A DNA stretch of 64,000 nucleotides. Source: Squalus acanthias. Taxonomy: Eukaryota. The position numbers were made by a program, and so were the translations under genes. Of the stretch, positions 1 through 14,174 are shown piece after piece. How positions within the stretch are numbered: the stretch's first letter is position 1; the number at the start of each line of letters is the position of its first letter. The notes beneath the pieces are model-generated. The model was not told the origin of the DNA and did not search any database. It saw nothing but the letters and a program-made list of their open reading frames with translations. Location: contig CM059432.1 of NCBI GenBank assembly GCA_030390025.1, positions 151,096,001 to 151,160,000 of the forward strand. Direction: 5' to 3'.

Positions 1-1075
1 TCGCAGAGGGCATTCACTCGCTGGTGAGTGGCTCTTAAAGCACAGGCTCAGATCTGGAGGGACTGTGACTGGAAACACCGCATAAAGACTGGCATAGATG
101 TCCTTAAACCGTTGCATGAGACATCAATGGAAATACATTTTAAAAAAAGGGGAACATGGAGCTCTTGGTCAGCAGTTTACTGGTGTAAATTAGTGAATTG
201 CAGTGAATGGTGAGACACAACGGTATCCCCCGCATTGGCGATGAGTGTGAAAGGAATGGCTTGGGCATTGTAGGGATGCTTTATGGTGTTGGTGTGGGGT
301 GGTGCCAACCTGGCGCATCATGTGGCAGCCAGGGTGTACAGCGTCAAGTGAAGTAAATGTGGCCATGGTGAGGCCATCGCTAGCGTCCCGGGCAGCAATG
401 TGCATGGGTGATGATGCCCTGTGTCCTGTGCAGCATCAGTTGATTGCGGAAAGGTTGGTGTTGTTGTTGGTGCTGCTGGTGTGCCTGGTGCTTCTGGTGT
501 TGGGGCTGATTGTGGTGGGATTCTGAGGACCATGGTGAGATAGTTTCAAGGGCACCGATGCTGATGTAATAGATGGCAGGTGAGGTTGAGATGATAGAAG
601 CGATCTGTCAATGGTGGGAGAGGTTGTTCCAATGAGCTGCCACTGGATAGAGAATTTACTCCAAACACTTGCAACCTGCATAAAGCTCAATCTGTCTTCC
701 AAATGCAGTAAGCAACAGCTTCTGAGCTTTGAAAGTGAACAGCTGTGAGATGGGAGCTTTTATAGCACATTTGCAGCTGTCAAGTAATGAGATGATTCCA
801 TGGTCATACAACTCCCGACCTCCTTACCTGAAGTGATCCCTGAGCAGCGTGGACCCCGTGGGCAACCTCCTAAAATGTAAAGGTGAGCTCAAAATAATTC
901 TCAATGGGCTGTTAATAAGGTCATAATGACCTGAATTGCCTCCCCTGCCACTGCGTGTCGGGTCTGTTCAGCCCTGACAGACCTGACAGCTGGGAAAGCT
1001 GCATGGTGGTGGGTTGACAGCGGGGTACCGATCCGCCACCAAACACGCCCGCTGACCCCCCGAAAAATTCCCCCC
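1..1075 (-). mobile_element. Probable internally deleted Harbinger-type DNA transposon remnant (left end outside window)
   Basis: Ends in a TIR-like ccgaaaaattcccccc. Minus strand has a Q/H-rich low-complexity segment joined to HIAARDASDGLTMATF, which resembles a Harbinger transposase C-terminus (AAREAR..LI..RF). Confidence 0.35.
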
Positions 1076-1077
1076 AA

Positions 1078-3103
1078 AGAATCCTAAAATGATACAGCAC
1101 AGAAGCAGGTGCTTCGACCCATTGTGTCTGTGAATTCGTTATCCAATTAGTCCCACTCCCCTGCCCTTCCCCATAGCCCTGCCAATGTTTCCCCTTCAAT
1201 TATTTATCCCTTTTGAAAGTTACTATGATATGTGCTTCCATCACCCTTTTAGACCGTGTATTCCAGATCATAACAACTCACTGAGTAAAAAGAATTCTCC
1301 TCATCTCGCCTCTGGTTCTTTGGCCAATTACCTTAAATCTGTGCCCTCTGGGTAACGATTGTTCTGCCACTGGAACGAGTTTCGCCTGATTTACTCTATC
1401 AAAACCCTTCATGATTTTGAACTCCTCTATTAAATCTCCCCTTAAACTTCTCTGCTCTAAGGAGAACAACCCCAGCTTCTCCAGTCTCTCCGCATAACTG
1501 AAGTCCCTCATCCCTGGAACCATTCTAGTAAATCTCTCCTGCACCCTCTCTAAAGCCTTGACATCCTTCCTAAAGTGTGGTGCCCAGAATTGGACACAAT
1601 ACTCCAGCTGAGGCCGAACCAGTGATTTAGAAAGGTTCAGCATAACTTCCTTGCTTTTGTACTCAGTGCTTCTGTTGAAAAAGCCCAGGATCCCAGGTGC
1701 TTTTTTAACAGCCTTATCAACTTGTCCTGCCACCTATTTGGATATGTGACCTCCAGGTCTCTCTGTTCCTGCACCCCCTTTAAAATTGTACCATTTAGTT
1801 TATATTGCCTCTCCTCATTCTTCCTTCCAAAATGTATCATTTCACACTTCTCTGCATTAAATTTAATCTACCATTTGTCTGCCTATTTCACCAGTCTGTC
1901 TATGTCCTTCTGAAGTCTGTTACTATCTTCCTCACTCATTTCTGAGTTTTATATCATCTGCAAACTTCGAATTTATGTCCTGTATACCCAAACCCAGGTC
2001 ATTAATATATATCAAAAAGAGCAATTGTCCTACTACCAACCCCTGGGGAACGCCACTGTATACCTCCCTCCCGTCTGAAAAATAACCCTTCACCACTACT
2101 CCCTGCTTTCAGTCTCTTAGCCAATTTCGTATCCACTCTGCCACTGTCCCTTTAATCCCCTGGGCTTCAATTTTGCTAACAAGTTTATTGTGTGGTACTT
2201 TATCGAACGCGTTTTGAAAGTTCATACACACAACATCAACTGCACTATCCTCATCAACCCTCTCCGTTACTTCATCAAAGAACTCAATCAAGTTAGTCAA
2301 ACATGATTTGCCTTTAACAAATCAATGTTGGCTGTCATTTATTAACCCATATTTTTCCAAGTGACAATTCAGTTTGTCCTGGATTATTGTCTCTAAAAGT
2401 TTCCCCACCACCACCGTTAGGCTGACTGGCCTGTAGTTGCCAGGTTTATCCCTCTCCCCTTTTTCAAACAGGGGTGTAACATTTTTATCCGACCCACTTT
2501 CTCTCCTACCTCCTTCTTTACTGTGATATTGGCTGCATCCTCTTCTTTAGTGAAGACAGATTCAAAGTATTCATTTACTACCTCAGCCATGCCCTCTGCC
2601 TCTGCAAGATCATCTCCTTTTTGGTCCCTAATCGGCCCATCCTTCCTTTGACTACTCTTTTACTATTTATATGTTTATAAAAGACTTTCGGGTTCCCTTT
2701 TATGTTGCCCACTAATCTATTCTCATACACTCTCTTTGCTCCTTTTTCAGTTCTCCTCTGTACTTTTTGTATTCAGCTTGGTTCTCGACTGTATTATGAG
2801 CCTGTCATTTATCAAAAGCCTCCTTTTTCTGTTTCATTTTAATCTCTATATATTTAGTCATCCAGGGAGCTCTAGCTTTGGATGCCCTGCCTTTCCCCCT
2901 TGTGGGAATGTGTCTAGTCTGTAGCTGAACGATCTCCACTTTGAAGGCCTCCCATTGGTCATTTACTGTTTTGCCTACCAGTCTTTAATTTCGATCCACT
3001 TGGGCCAGATCCCCTTTCACCTCACTGAAATTAGCCTTCCTCGAGTTGAGGTTTTTTTCATGTTTGATTGTTCCTAGTCCTTTTCCATAACTGCTCTAAA
3101 CCT
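1078..3103 (-). mobile_element. CR1 LINE, 5'-truncated and degraded (RT domain and 3' UTR)
   Basis: Peptides TNLIEFFDEVT..VDVV..FQNAFDKVPH, LVRPQLEYCVQFWAPH, LFSLEQR.LRGDLIE; several stops and frameshifts. Confidence 0.93.
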
Positions 3104-3374
3104 TTATGTTGGAGAATTTTTTTATGGTGCAGTGTGACTACGGAGAATTATATTTCAATCTGACTGGGAGAAATGTTTGAGGGATGATGTTTGCACAATA
3201 TATACAAAATAGAAAATAACCAGTTAGAATGAAGAAAAAGAGAGACTTCACACACTTTTCCAATAAGGAAGAAGAAATTTGACAATCATTCACTACCCAC
3301 ACTTTGCGACAGATATTGATAGATTAATGTTTCGTTCTGTCATCTCTCTCCCCTCACTGATTTACTCGACAACT

Positions 3375-3612
3375 TTTTACCTGTTCCCGGGACGTGGACA
3401 ACACTGGCAAGGCCACATTTATTTCATGCTCCACAATGGTCTTAGGTAGGGAATTCCAGGATAATGAAGAAATGTCGATATATGTCCAAGTTAGGATGGT
3501 GTGTGACTTAGAAGGGAAATTAGAGATGTTGTTGTCCTTCTCGGTAGTAAGGGTAGCGGGGGAGGAGGTGTTGTCCAAGTAACCTTGGTAAGTTGCTGCA
3601 GTGCATCCTATA
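3375..3612 (-). mobile_element. 3' fragment of the same LINE family as 22297-22476
   Basis: Minus strand encodes SWNSLPKT; degenerate tail aataaatgtggccttgccagtgttgtccacgtccc matches the 22.3 kb tail. Confidence 0.65.
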
Positions 3613-3619
3613 GAACAGT

Positions 3620-3908
3620 TCCAGTCTACAGGCTAATTGACCAGAAGAGGCATCACAGCCAAACCTGATCCGATCCTCACCACATGTTCACACATGCTTA
3701 CTTCCATCAGGGGTCATTGGATAGTGGGTTGGGTTTTGCCTTTCCTAAACCGGGGGTGCTGAAGTTAATTGACTAATTGTAGTATCTTCGTTGCCATCCC
3801 AGTTGAAATCAACTAACTCAATACAAAGTAGGGATCGAAGCTGGGGCCTTCCTAGTCTGTATGACTCTGCAACTCGCTCCATTCACCAGCTGAGCAATCT
3901 GGGCAGCC
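3620..3908 (-). mobile_element. Ancient tRNA-derived SINE, AmnSINE2-like
   Basis: Reverse complement has an A-box-like gctcagctggt, catacagactaggaagg, B-box-like cttcgatccc, and body motifs ctatccaatgacccctg and ggctgtgatgcc recalled from AmnSINE2. Confidence 0.55.
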
Positions 3909-5261
3909 TGAACTAAATTTTATGAATACGCGCTCTAGACATGCGGGGGGGGGAGAATTTCTGACCACACAGAAGTGGAAACAGAGCGGAGAATTAGCGG
4001 GCAAAAGCTTACGCCCTGTTCCCACCTACAGTGAGGCCGCCACTATCTTCTGAAGGACCTACTGCCGGGCAGCTGGAGCGCCCACCTGAGTCAGGCGGTA
4101 TTGCCACCCGATATTGCAGCAGGCAGGCTGTCCCGGGGGTCCTGCTTTCCACTCATAATTCAGCCTCAAAATGGACCCGTCCTCTGGCCGGTGCTATCGG
4201 GCAATCGGCCGCCACACACCCGCCAGTCAGTCCCCCGTGGTCTCACCCATTGGGTGAACATATTGGTATTGAAGGGTGTGCTGAGTTGTGGACAGTGGGG
4301 AGTGTACCTGTGATTTCCTGATGTGGACTCTCAGCATTGAGGCTGAGGACCAGGAACCTGTATTTGCAGAATTTACCCTCATCTGTATTCTTCCAATTCT
4401 TTTGATTGTGAGCTCAGTTTGAGTTTTGAAGGCCCAGTTTGGATCTCCTATTACCGCTACCAGTTTTGACCAATTTCACTTGCTGCCTTCTTGCTTACAT
4501 TACCAATTTTTCTCATTCCAGTTCAACCCAATGAGCTTGTTGTACAGATATCCATTATTTATAAATCTCTCTCACTATGGTTACTAAACTTCAAAGTGCG
4601 CTGAAATGTGTGCATCAGTCGCACGACAGGAAGGGAGAATTTTATTAAAATATTGCATGCTGTTTAACCCAATTTCACTGTTCTTTGAATTCTCTAAAAC
4701 TTTCAATAACTCCTCCCAGGCAATTTAGGGAGAACTGCACAATTAAGCTGCTCCCTGGTTTGCACGGATGGTCCATACGTACGTCATCTGATCTTAAATA
4801 TGTTTTTGTAAGAAAGCCACTTTTCAATTTTGTTGTGAGTTCATGCAGGTAATAATTAATAAAAGCACAGCGCCAATAACTTTAATCTCATTGAGCTCCT
4901 TCAACGTGGCTTGAGTGCCTCAGGAGGGAGATTACAGAGGCTTAGATTTCCGAGAAATCTTTAACCAGATTGCCAGTCCCTCATTGTCAGCCCCTGTGCA
5001 GACTGCACTGGGCTTGTCTGCTGTCACCCTGCATCTCAAAGCATTTGACGCACAGCCATTTGGGGGTTTACAGCTCAGATTTTATTCCGCCACCCTGGAA
5101 TAATCAGTTACAGCAGTACTCCCCCCTTGGCTTGGTGCAGAGAGCCTGTTGAGAAGCTTACAGGAACCAGTACATAGGTGACAGACAGCATTGAGATCGC
5201 ATGACGACACCATGAAATGGGAAACAATTCCTCATCCCTCCTCATTATTACTTGAAACCTT

Positions 5262-5550
5262 TCAGAATAAAGGGTCGCCCTTTTAGAACTGAGATGAGGA
5301 GGAATTTTTTCTCTCAGAGGGTCGTAAATCTGTGGAATTCTCTGCCCCAGAGAGCTGTGGAGGCTGGGTCATTAAATACATTTAAGGTGGAGATAGACAG
5401 ACTTTTGCAAGATAAGGGAGTGAAGGGTTATGGGGAGCGGGCGGGGAAGTGGCTTTGAGCCCAAGATCAGCCATGATCTTATTGAATGGCGGAGCAGGCT
5501 CGAGGGGCCGAGTGGCCTATTCCTGCTCCTATTTCTTATGTTCTTATGTT
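5262..5550 (+). mobile_element. CR1 3' end
   Basis: RIKGRPFRTEMRRNFFSQRVVNLWNSLP, conserved 3' UTR, (TTCTTATG)2 tail. Confidence 0.93.
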
Positions 5551-6048
5551 ATCATCTAGAAGGCATTTGCACTCAGAGACGTCCGTGTTCTCTGATTTAA
5601 GTTTATTGGACACAAAGCCAAAACCTAATATAGTCTCCCTCACTTATGCTGGTTTCTATCATCAACATGTCAGCATAATTCTATTAAGTCAAACACTGAA
5701 TGAGAATGTTGTTATCTACAATGGATGTACACAGAAAAGGAAAAGTTGGTTTTGTCATGGAGGATTGTTAGAGGATTATAGCTGCATCTCCAATGGAGAC
5801 ATTGCCCTCAGTAATTGCATCACTGACAGACTGCTGACCTGTAGTCACACTCTGACAGATAGCTGCCGCAGTCTGTTGTGGTTCCTCGAAGCAGACTTCT
5901 ATTCATAAAGGATTCCCATTCGGAAACTTACCTGTCTGGTCCTCAAGTGAGACACAATCACGAAATCCCAGTGTTGTAGGTCACAGCTTACATATTGTCG
6001 CCTGTCATATTTATCACCTTACTTTATATGGGCACGGGGAAACACATC

Positions 6049-7418
<1,370 letters not shown>

Positions 7419-7438
7419 AATGAGTTTTAGAGCACATT

Positions 7439-8352
7439 GAGCTGAAAATTCAGGGGCTTTACGCCACCCGTTACCGGCAAAAAATGGGGAAAAGAGGGCG
7501 GCCGCCGCTCTTTCGCCAGCTGGTGGCGGGTCCCGAGGCGTCCGCCATTTTCCCAGGCTCAGCAGCGCTGCCATTACGGTGTATCACCCTGCAAATTAAA
7601 ATGAGGGAGCGGTGACATTAGTCGGCATGCAACACCAACTTAACGTCACCACGGCGAACTTTGTGCTGAGTTCAGCGCTGGGTACTAAGCTCAGCAGGTA
7701 AACCCAGCATGGAAGCAGACTCACAGAGGTACTGTCAGCGCCTCTTAAAGAGACACATATATCTTTCAGGTAAGTTTGCGTTTAAGCTTTTGGACTGGGT
7801 TTATTTTTATTTTACTGAAGTAGTTTTTTAAGTATGTCGGGAGTGCTGCTGGATGCTTGCAAAGCCTCGGATGGTAAAGGAAGGCCTCTGAGAAGACAGA
7901 AAATGCTGCAAATACTCAGCAGGTCAGGCAACATCCATGGAGAGAGAAACAGAGTTCACGCTTCAGGTCAAGATGCTACCCGACCTGCTGATTATTTTAT
8001 GCTGTCATTTCAGATTTACAGCGGCTGGCACCCCGCAGGAGGAGGCGAGAGGGGGCAGGTGCTGGCAGGTGGCCCAAAAAAAAATGGCCACCCGGCACCT
8101 GCCCTTTGATAGCGTCCGGCGGTAGGTCAGGGGGTGCGAGACAAGTTTGCATCGGGGCGCGAGCGAGGCGCTGCGCACAGCGATGACATCATTGCCAGAG
8201 GCACAGCGCCACGGGGCGCTACCGGCTACCACCACCATTAACCTCCCACTGAATTTTTGGGAGGCGTTAGCGATGCCGCGCCCAGGCGCTAGGGGCTTTG
8301 TGCCCCCCTCGGGGCGCTAACGGGAGGCGCATCGCAACCGAATTTTTCCCCC
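7439..8352. mobile_element. Probable MITE with GC/CpG-rich subterminal arms
   Basis: Ends gagctgaaaattc and gaatttttcccc form imperfect TIRs of the same style; AT-rich centre. Confidence 0.45.
7895..8015. mobile_element. Penelope-like element terminal fragment nested in the MITE
   Basis: acagaaaatgctgcaaatactcagcaggtcaggcaacatc..gagagagaaacagagtt matches 63103-63163, followed by an inverted partial copy gatgctacccgacctgctga. Confidence 0.75.
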
Positions 8353-9137
8353 GAAGACTCCCATTTGGGACTTCTTTATAATCGTCATTTTTTTTAAAAG
8401 GCAGTAAGGGTTGAAAACTGCAATTTTTTCACTTCATTTTAATTTTTATTAGTTCTGATTGCATTCACAGCCCTTTTAATTCATAGCCCTTTCAATTACC
8501 CGCAATTCCTTGCGAACTCCACAGCCTCACTCCCAGAGCCTGTTAGAAGCTGGAACGCCGACTGTGGACGGGAGCTTTGACTTCCATTGCCTGCACTAAC
8601 ACCACCAGGAGGGTGTTACACAGCAAGTTAGCGCTGGGCTAAAAATCTTTAGCTCCCAGCGCGAATTCTTCTCTGGTCCGTCCATTGACACCGGCAACTC
8701 TTGTGGCGGCCACAAATTCCACCCCCCCCCCCCTATTATTCTTTAATAGTCTACAGTCGTTGTAATGTGACTGGCTGTTATTGAACTACTCTTGCATTGA
8801 TCAAATATCCAGTATTTATGAACCTGAACTAACACAACTGTCACAGCACTTTCACTCTTTTCAAAAACCCTATTTTGTTTTGACCACGTCCATCAACTAT
8901 TGACTACTCCTTGTTGAATCACTGTGTACGGAAGAGGTCATGGGGCAGTGACTTCAAAGAGCTTGGGAGCCTGATTGTGGTGACATTGGCGAGGGTTGTG
9001 AGGGGTGGGGGTGGGGAGGTACGGTGATAAACCCAGGGGGGGGATTCAGCATCAACTGTGTGTTTTCATTCCGCTCCCTCATACTCTGGGAGTCAGTGGC
9101 CCTTCCAAGCCAGTACTCACTAATATATCATCAGCAC

Positions 9138-9358
9138 TTTGGAATTCTCTACCCCAGAGGGCTGTGGAGGTTCAGTCGTTGAGTATATTCAAGGCTGAGA
9201 TCGATAGATTTTTGGACTCTAGGGGAATCAATGGATATGGGGATCGGGCGGGAAAGTGGAGTTGAGGTCGATGATCAGCCATGATCTTATTGAATGGCGG
9301 AGCAGGCTCGAGGGGCTGAGTGGCCTGTTCCTGCTCCTGTTTCTTATGTTCTTATGTT
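9138..9358 (+). mobile_element. CR1 3' end
   Basis: LWNSLPQRAVE..FKAEIDRFLD..GYG, 3' UTR, (TTCTTATG)2 tail. Confidence 0.92.
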
Positions 9359-9731
9359 CACTTACTGTTTAAGCAATGGCCCAAAATTTGCTGGAAAGCT
9401 GTATTTGGTTTCAAATGCTGTAAGTTGTACCATGGTGCTTCTCGATCCTCCAGCGGCGAGTTTATGAGAAACTTTGCTGGGGAGCTCATTAGAATACGCA
9501 CAGTGAGGACAGTGGTGATTTGGCAGCAGCGCAGCCAATGGCCATTGACAAATATTTGCTATCAACAATATCACGGTATTCAGCCACTTTTTTATTTATT
9601 CCGGTTTCTGAAAGTGTGTTTTTACTGTGAGTCCCCTTTCACAAAGTTACCACAAACCTGTTGGTCAAGTTATTAACTTTGTATCATAAAGCTGCGCATC
9701 CCCAATTTTAATCACTTCACCAAGGTCTCAC

Positions 9732-11593
9732 AAAACAGATAGTAAGAGCTACAAAAAGAGAGTATGAAAAGAATATCAAGGGATATCAAAGTCAATACAA
9801 AGAATTTTTACAGTTATTTTAGGAAAAAGAGGGTGGTCAGGAGCAATGTTGGCCCCTTAAAAACTGAAAGCTGTGATGTTGTCAATGATAATAAGGAAAT
9901 GGCGGACATGTAGAAGAAGAGGATAGCATGACGGAAATCCCAAGGAAACTAATATTGAATCAGGGACTCAATAAAATTAACGTGAGTTAAATAACAGTAA
10001 TAAAGAAAATAATGGCACTAAAGAGTGACAAATCCCCAGGGCCAGATGGTTTCCATCCCTGGGTTTAAAGGAAGTAGGTGAACACATTGCAGATACCCTA
10101 ACTATAATCTTCCAAAATTCTCTTGATTCAGGAACTGTTCCTTTAGATTGGAAAATTACGCATGTAACTCCGCTATTTAAGAATAGCGAGAGAGGGAAAC
10201 CAGGAAATTATAGACCAGTGAGCCTAACATCTGTTGTCGGGAAATTGCTAGAGTCTATAATTAAGGATAGGGTGACTGAACACCTCGAAAATTTTCAGTT
10301 GATCAGAGAGAGCCAACATGGATTTGTGAAAGGCAGGTTATGCCTGACAAACCTGATTGAATTTTTGGAAGAGGTGACTAAAGTAGTGGACAGGGGAATG
10401 TCTATGGATGTTATTTATAGGGCTTTCCAGAAGGCATTTGATAAAGTCTCACATAAGAGACTATTAGCCAAGGTAGAATCCCATGGAATTGAGGGCAAAT
10501 TATTGAGCTGGTTAGGAAATTGGCTGAGCGGCAGGAGACAGAGAGTAGGGATAATGGGCAGGTACTCAAATTGGCAGGATGTGACTAGTGGTGTCCCACG
10601 GGGATCTGTGTTGAGGCCTCAACTATTCACCATATTTATTAACGACTTAGATGATGGCATAGAAAGTCATATATCCAAATTTGCTGATGACACAAAGATA
10701 GGCGGCATTGTAGGCAGTGCAGATGAAAGCATAAAATTACAAAGGGATATTGACAGATTAAGTGAATGGGCAAAACTGTGGCAAATGGATTTCAATGTAA
10801 GCAAATGTGAGGTCATCCACTTTGGACCTAAAAAGGATAGAACAGGGTACTTTCTAAATGGTGAAAAGCTAAAAACAGTGGAGGTCCAAAGAGACTTGGG
10901 GGTCCAGATACATAGATTATTAAAATGTCATGAACAGGTACAGAAAATAATCAAAAATGCTGATGGAATGCTGGCCTTTATATCTAGCGGACTAGAATAC
11001 AGTGGGGTAGAAGTTATGCTACAGCTATACAAAGCCCTGGTTAGACCAGACCTGGAGCACTGTGAGCAGTTCTGGGCCCCACACCTTAGGAAGGATATAT
11101 TGGCCTTGGAGGGAGTGCAGCGTAGGTTTACCAGAATGATACCCGACTTCAAGGGTTAAATTACGAGGAGAGATTACACAAATTAGGGTTGTATTCCCTA
11201 GAATTTCGAAGGTTAAGGGGTGATCTGATCGAAGTTTTCAGGATATTAAGAGGAACAGATAGGGTAGATAGAGAGAAACTATTTCGCTGGTTGGGGAGTC
11301 TTGGGACTAGGGGGCATCGTCTAAAAATTAGAGCCAGGCCTTTCAGGAGTGAAATTAGGAAACACTTCTACACACAAAGGGTGGTAGAAGTTTGGAACTC
11401 TCTTCCGCAAATGGCAGTTGATGCTCGGGGTCAATTTTATTTTTAAATAGCTTTTTGTTAACCAAATGAATTAAGGGATGTGGGCCAAAGGCGGGTATAT
11501 GGAGTTAGGTCGCAGATGAGCCATGATCTCATTGAATGGCGGAACAGGCTCGAGGGGCTGAATGGCCTCCTCCTGTTCCTATGTTCCGATGTT
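9732..11593 (+). mobile_element. CR1 LINE, 5'-truncated (RT domain to 3' UTR)
   Basis: ORF 10218-11159 has QHGFVKG, AFDKV, SGVP.GSVL.P, SKFADDTK; C-terminal WNSLP; tail ttcctatgttccgatg. Confidence 0.95.
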
Positions 11594-11596
11594 TCA

Positions 11597-11830
11597 TTGG
11601 TGGCCGTGCCTTCAGTTGCTGAGGCCCAAAGCTCTGGAATTCTCTGCCTAAACCTCTCCGCCTCTCTACCTCTCTTTCCTCCTTTAAGACACTCCTTAAA
11701 ACCTATCTCTCTGCCCTAATATCCCCTTATGTAGCTCGGTGTCAAATTCTGTTTGATAATACTCCTGTGAAGCGCCTTGGGATGTTTTATTACATTAAAA
11801 GCGCTGTATAAATACAAGTTGTTATTGTTG
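11597..11830 (+). mobile_element. L2-type LINE 3' end
   Basis: GGRAFSC*GPKLWNSLPKPLRLSTSLSSFKTLLKTYL, then tail gtgaagcgccttgggatgttttattacattaaaagcgctgtataaatacaagt. Confidence 0.8.
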
Positions 11831-12548
11831 CTGAAATACAATTCCTGGGTGTAATGTGGGCAGCACATGTGGCTGCAGGTACCTGAGCTAAATGAAGGCT
11901 TCTAAATTGTAATCATATTAAGAAGTTGGTGGGCAAATTAATTTCAAAGCAGTTGAAATATATTAAAAACTCAGTGCAAGATCTGTAGGGAGTCACTTTT
12001 TAATAATCTATGTCTCAGATATATCCGCCTTTAAACAGCCGTAGCTACGCGATCATTAATAGTCGCCTTAACTCTTTAAATACACCAATTTCGCAATTCT
12101 TCCCTCGACAAAATATTTCCTGATGCATTATCCCATTGATGTGGAATTAAATATATTTATCAGCATGAATTCGGAAAGAAGCACGTATTTGGATCGATAT
12201 TCTATGTTAAAATTAGCAATCGACGCTGTTAAGGGGCCAGAGATCAATGAATGGATACAAACATTAAACGGCTTTCAAAAAATCAATTCCATTTGAAGGA
12301 AACATTCCAGCCAGCCACTACGTACAAAAGATAATTATTTTTGTATTAGTTAAATAAATCGGCAAAGCTCATTAAAAATGGCATCTAATGTTTAAGGGAA
12401 ATCGACCTCGGAGCAATAGATCTCACCGCTGCTGGGTCACCAGTGCTGCTCTGGTTCAGTCGAAATGGCAGCTGTGATCAAAGCAGTGATAATCCAGTTA
12501 AATAGACGTTGCTATTGATTTTAGAGGAGGGTGCGGAGCTAAGATAAT

Positions 12549-13002
12549 GGTCCAGATATTGCAGGCGTGGTGCACCTCATGGCGAGCGCCGTGAGTTCAT
12601 TATTTACCTCACCATTCAGATCATATTATTTTTACACCACAAATTGCTGGAAGTACGAATTGTTAATGAGGTCAATGGGGCATCTGGGACCTTGTGAACG
12701 ACGGGTCCAATGGCCTATCAAACATGGCAGCAGAAGCAGCTGAAAACAACTCAGTTCAGGTGTGGCACTGCAAGATGAGTGACCTGTAACTTTTGAAATG
12801 ACCTAAAACTAACCTTAAAAAGCTTTAATGTTGCTAGCCTTGTATAAACTTGGGCCCCGCGCTGAGGAGCGCAGCCACTCAACAGTGCACGCTGCTGTCA
12901 TTTAAATTAGCAGGCAGCACCAAGTTTACGAGCTGCCTGCATTGGACTCAATAGGTGCGGGCTAATCGTGCATCGCGATACCTGCGCCCGATTTTGGGGG
13001 CC
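12549..13002. mobile_element. Possible degenerate MITE
   Basis: Ends ggtccagatattgc and cgattttgggggcc loosely resemble the other GGCC-type TIRs; CpG-rich subtermini. Confidence 0.3.
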
Positions 13003-13373
13003 ATCGAATACAGCTTGTCACGAGCTCAGAACTCCGAATGGGATCTCTGGCTCTGAAAAGGGGCTCTCAACCTTTTCCTCAATGTTCCACTGCAGTCATC
13101 TTCCTCAGGCTCCTACTGCAATTGGTTTCAATATGTGGCATGAGAAGGGGCAGCTCAAAATCTTCCATCACATGGACCTCACCTCCTGCAGATCCCGAGA
13201 GTTTCACCTGACCTTGGCCAATGAATACTGGTGGAAGGGAAGCTAAAGGAGGCACTTTTCTGTTCATATTTTGTCTTGACCCGGCTCCAGTCCTTCAGGT
13301 TGAAGTACCTGGGGACCTCTGAAAGCATGACTGTGCCCACCACACCCGGCCCCTTCCAGTTCCCCTCCCCAAC

Positions 13374-13543
13374 CAATGTTTCCACTAAGTTGCGCGGCTG
13401 TGTGGCCACGCAGCGGTCTGGAGGTCCCGTGCCAGTCGCTCACCGGCTTTTACAAGAAAGAAACCCCGCGTGCGCGAAAATTTTAACGGGCCGCGCAGCC
13501 AGTTAAGGGGACCGCGCACAAAAAAAAATTAGAAGGAACTTTG
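13374..13543. mobile_element. hAT-type MITE, 170 bp
   Basis: TIRs caatgtttccactaa and ttagaaggaactttg. Flanks ctccccaac and ctccccac fit an 8-bp TSD with one indel. Confidence 0.72.
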
Positions 13544-13794
13544 CTCCCCACCCCACCGCAGACATGTCAACTCAGCCTGCAGCTATCAGGAGAGTGAATT
13601 CATGCGGCTTACAGGCTCACACAGCTTTCAGTCCCGGAGGAAAGAAGGTGCATTCTCTTGGTGCAACCCCCCTCTTCCTCGACAGCACACATGTGGAACA
13701 AGCACTGCGGGACATTTGACATTCAGAGCAAGTGGAGCACTCGCTGGTTGGGCCCTTTCCTGTTCACGATGGTCATTGCCTGGGACGAGGTGAG

Positions 13795-13930
13795 GAGGAG
13801 CCGAATGGTTCTGGAGGAGCCCAAACTGAGTAGGTTATTGGGGAGTGTGTATTGCTTGATGGCACTATTGGTAACTCTTGCCATCGCTTTGCTGATGATT
13901 GCGAGGAGGCTGATAGGACAATAATTGGTT
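13795..13930 (-). mobile_element. LINE reverse-transcriptase fragment
   Basis: Minus strand reads NYCPISLLAIISKAM..SAIKQ..NNLL, the start of an RT domain (NYRPISLL motif). Confidence 0.6.
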
Positions 13931-14174
13931 GGGTTTTATTTATCTTAACTGGCCTCAGATCAGGCATGGGGGTGACTGTTCAACCCAGGAAGGCGTGGCC
14001 TACTTGATGTCATCGGCACCACAAAGCTGTTTTTATTCACTGATTCGAGAGGCCCACGTGGGCCCTGACATAGAAACATAGACATAGAAACATAGAAAAT
14101 AGGTACAGGAGTAGACCATTCGGTCCTTCGAGCCTGCACCGCCATTCAATGCGTTCATGGCTGAACATGCTACC

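Noticed and set aside
5932..6001. Possible minus-strand exon ending CAG|GTAAG
   Set aside because: No pyrimidine tract at the acceptor and no recognisable peptide.
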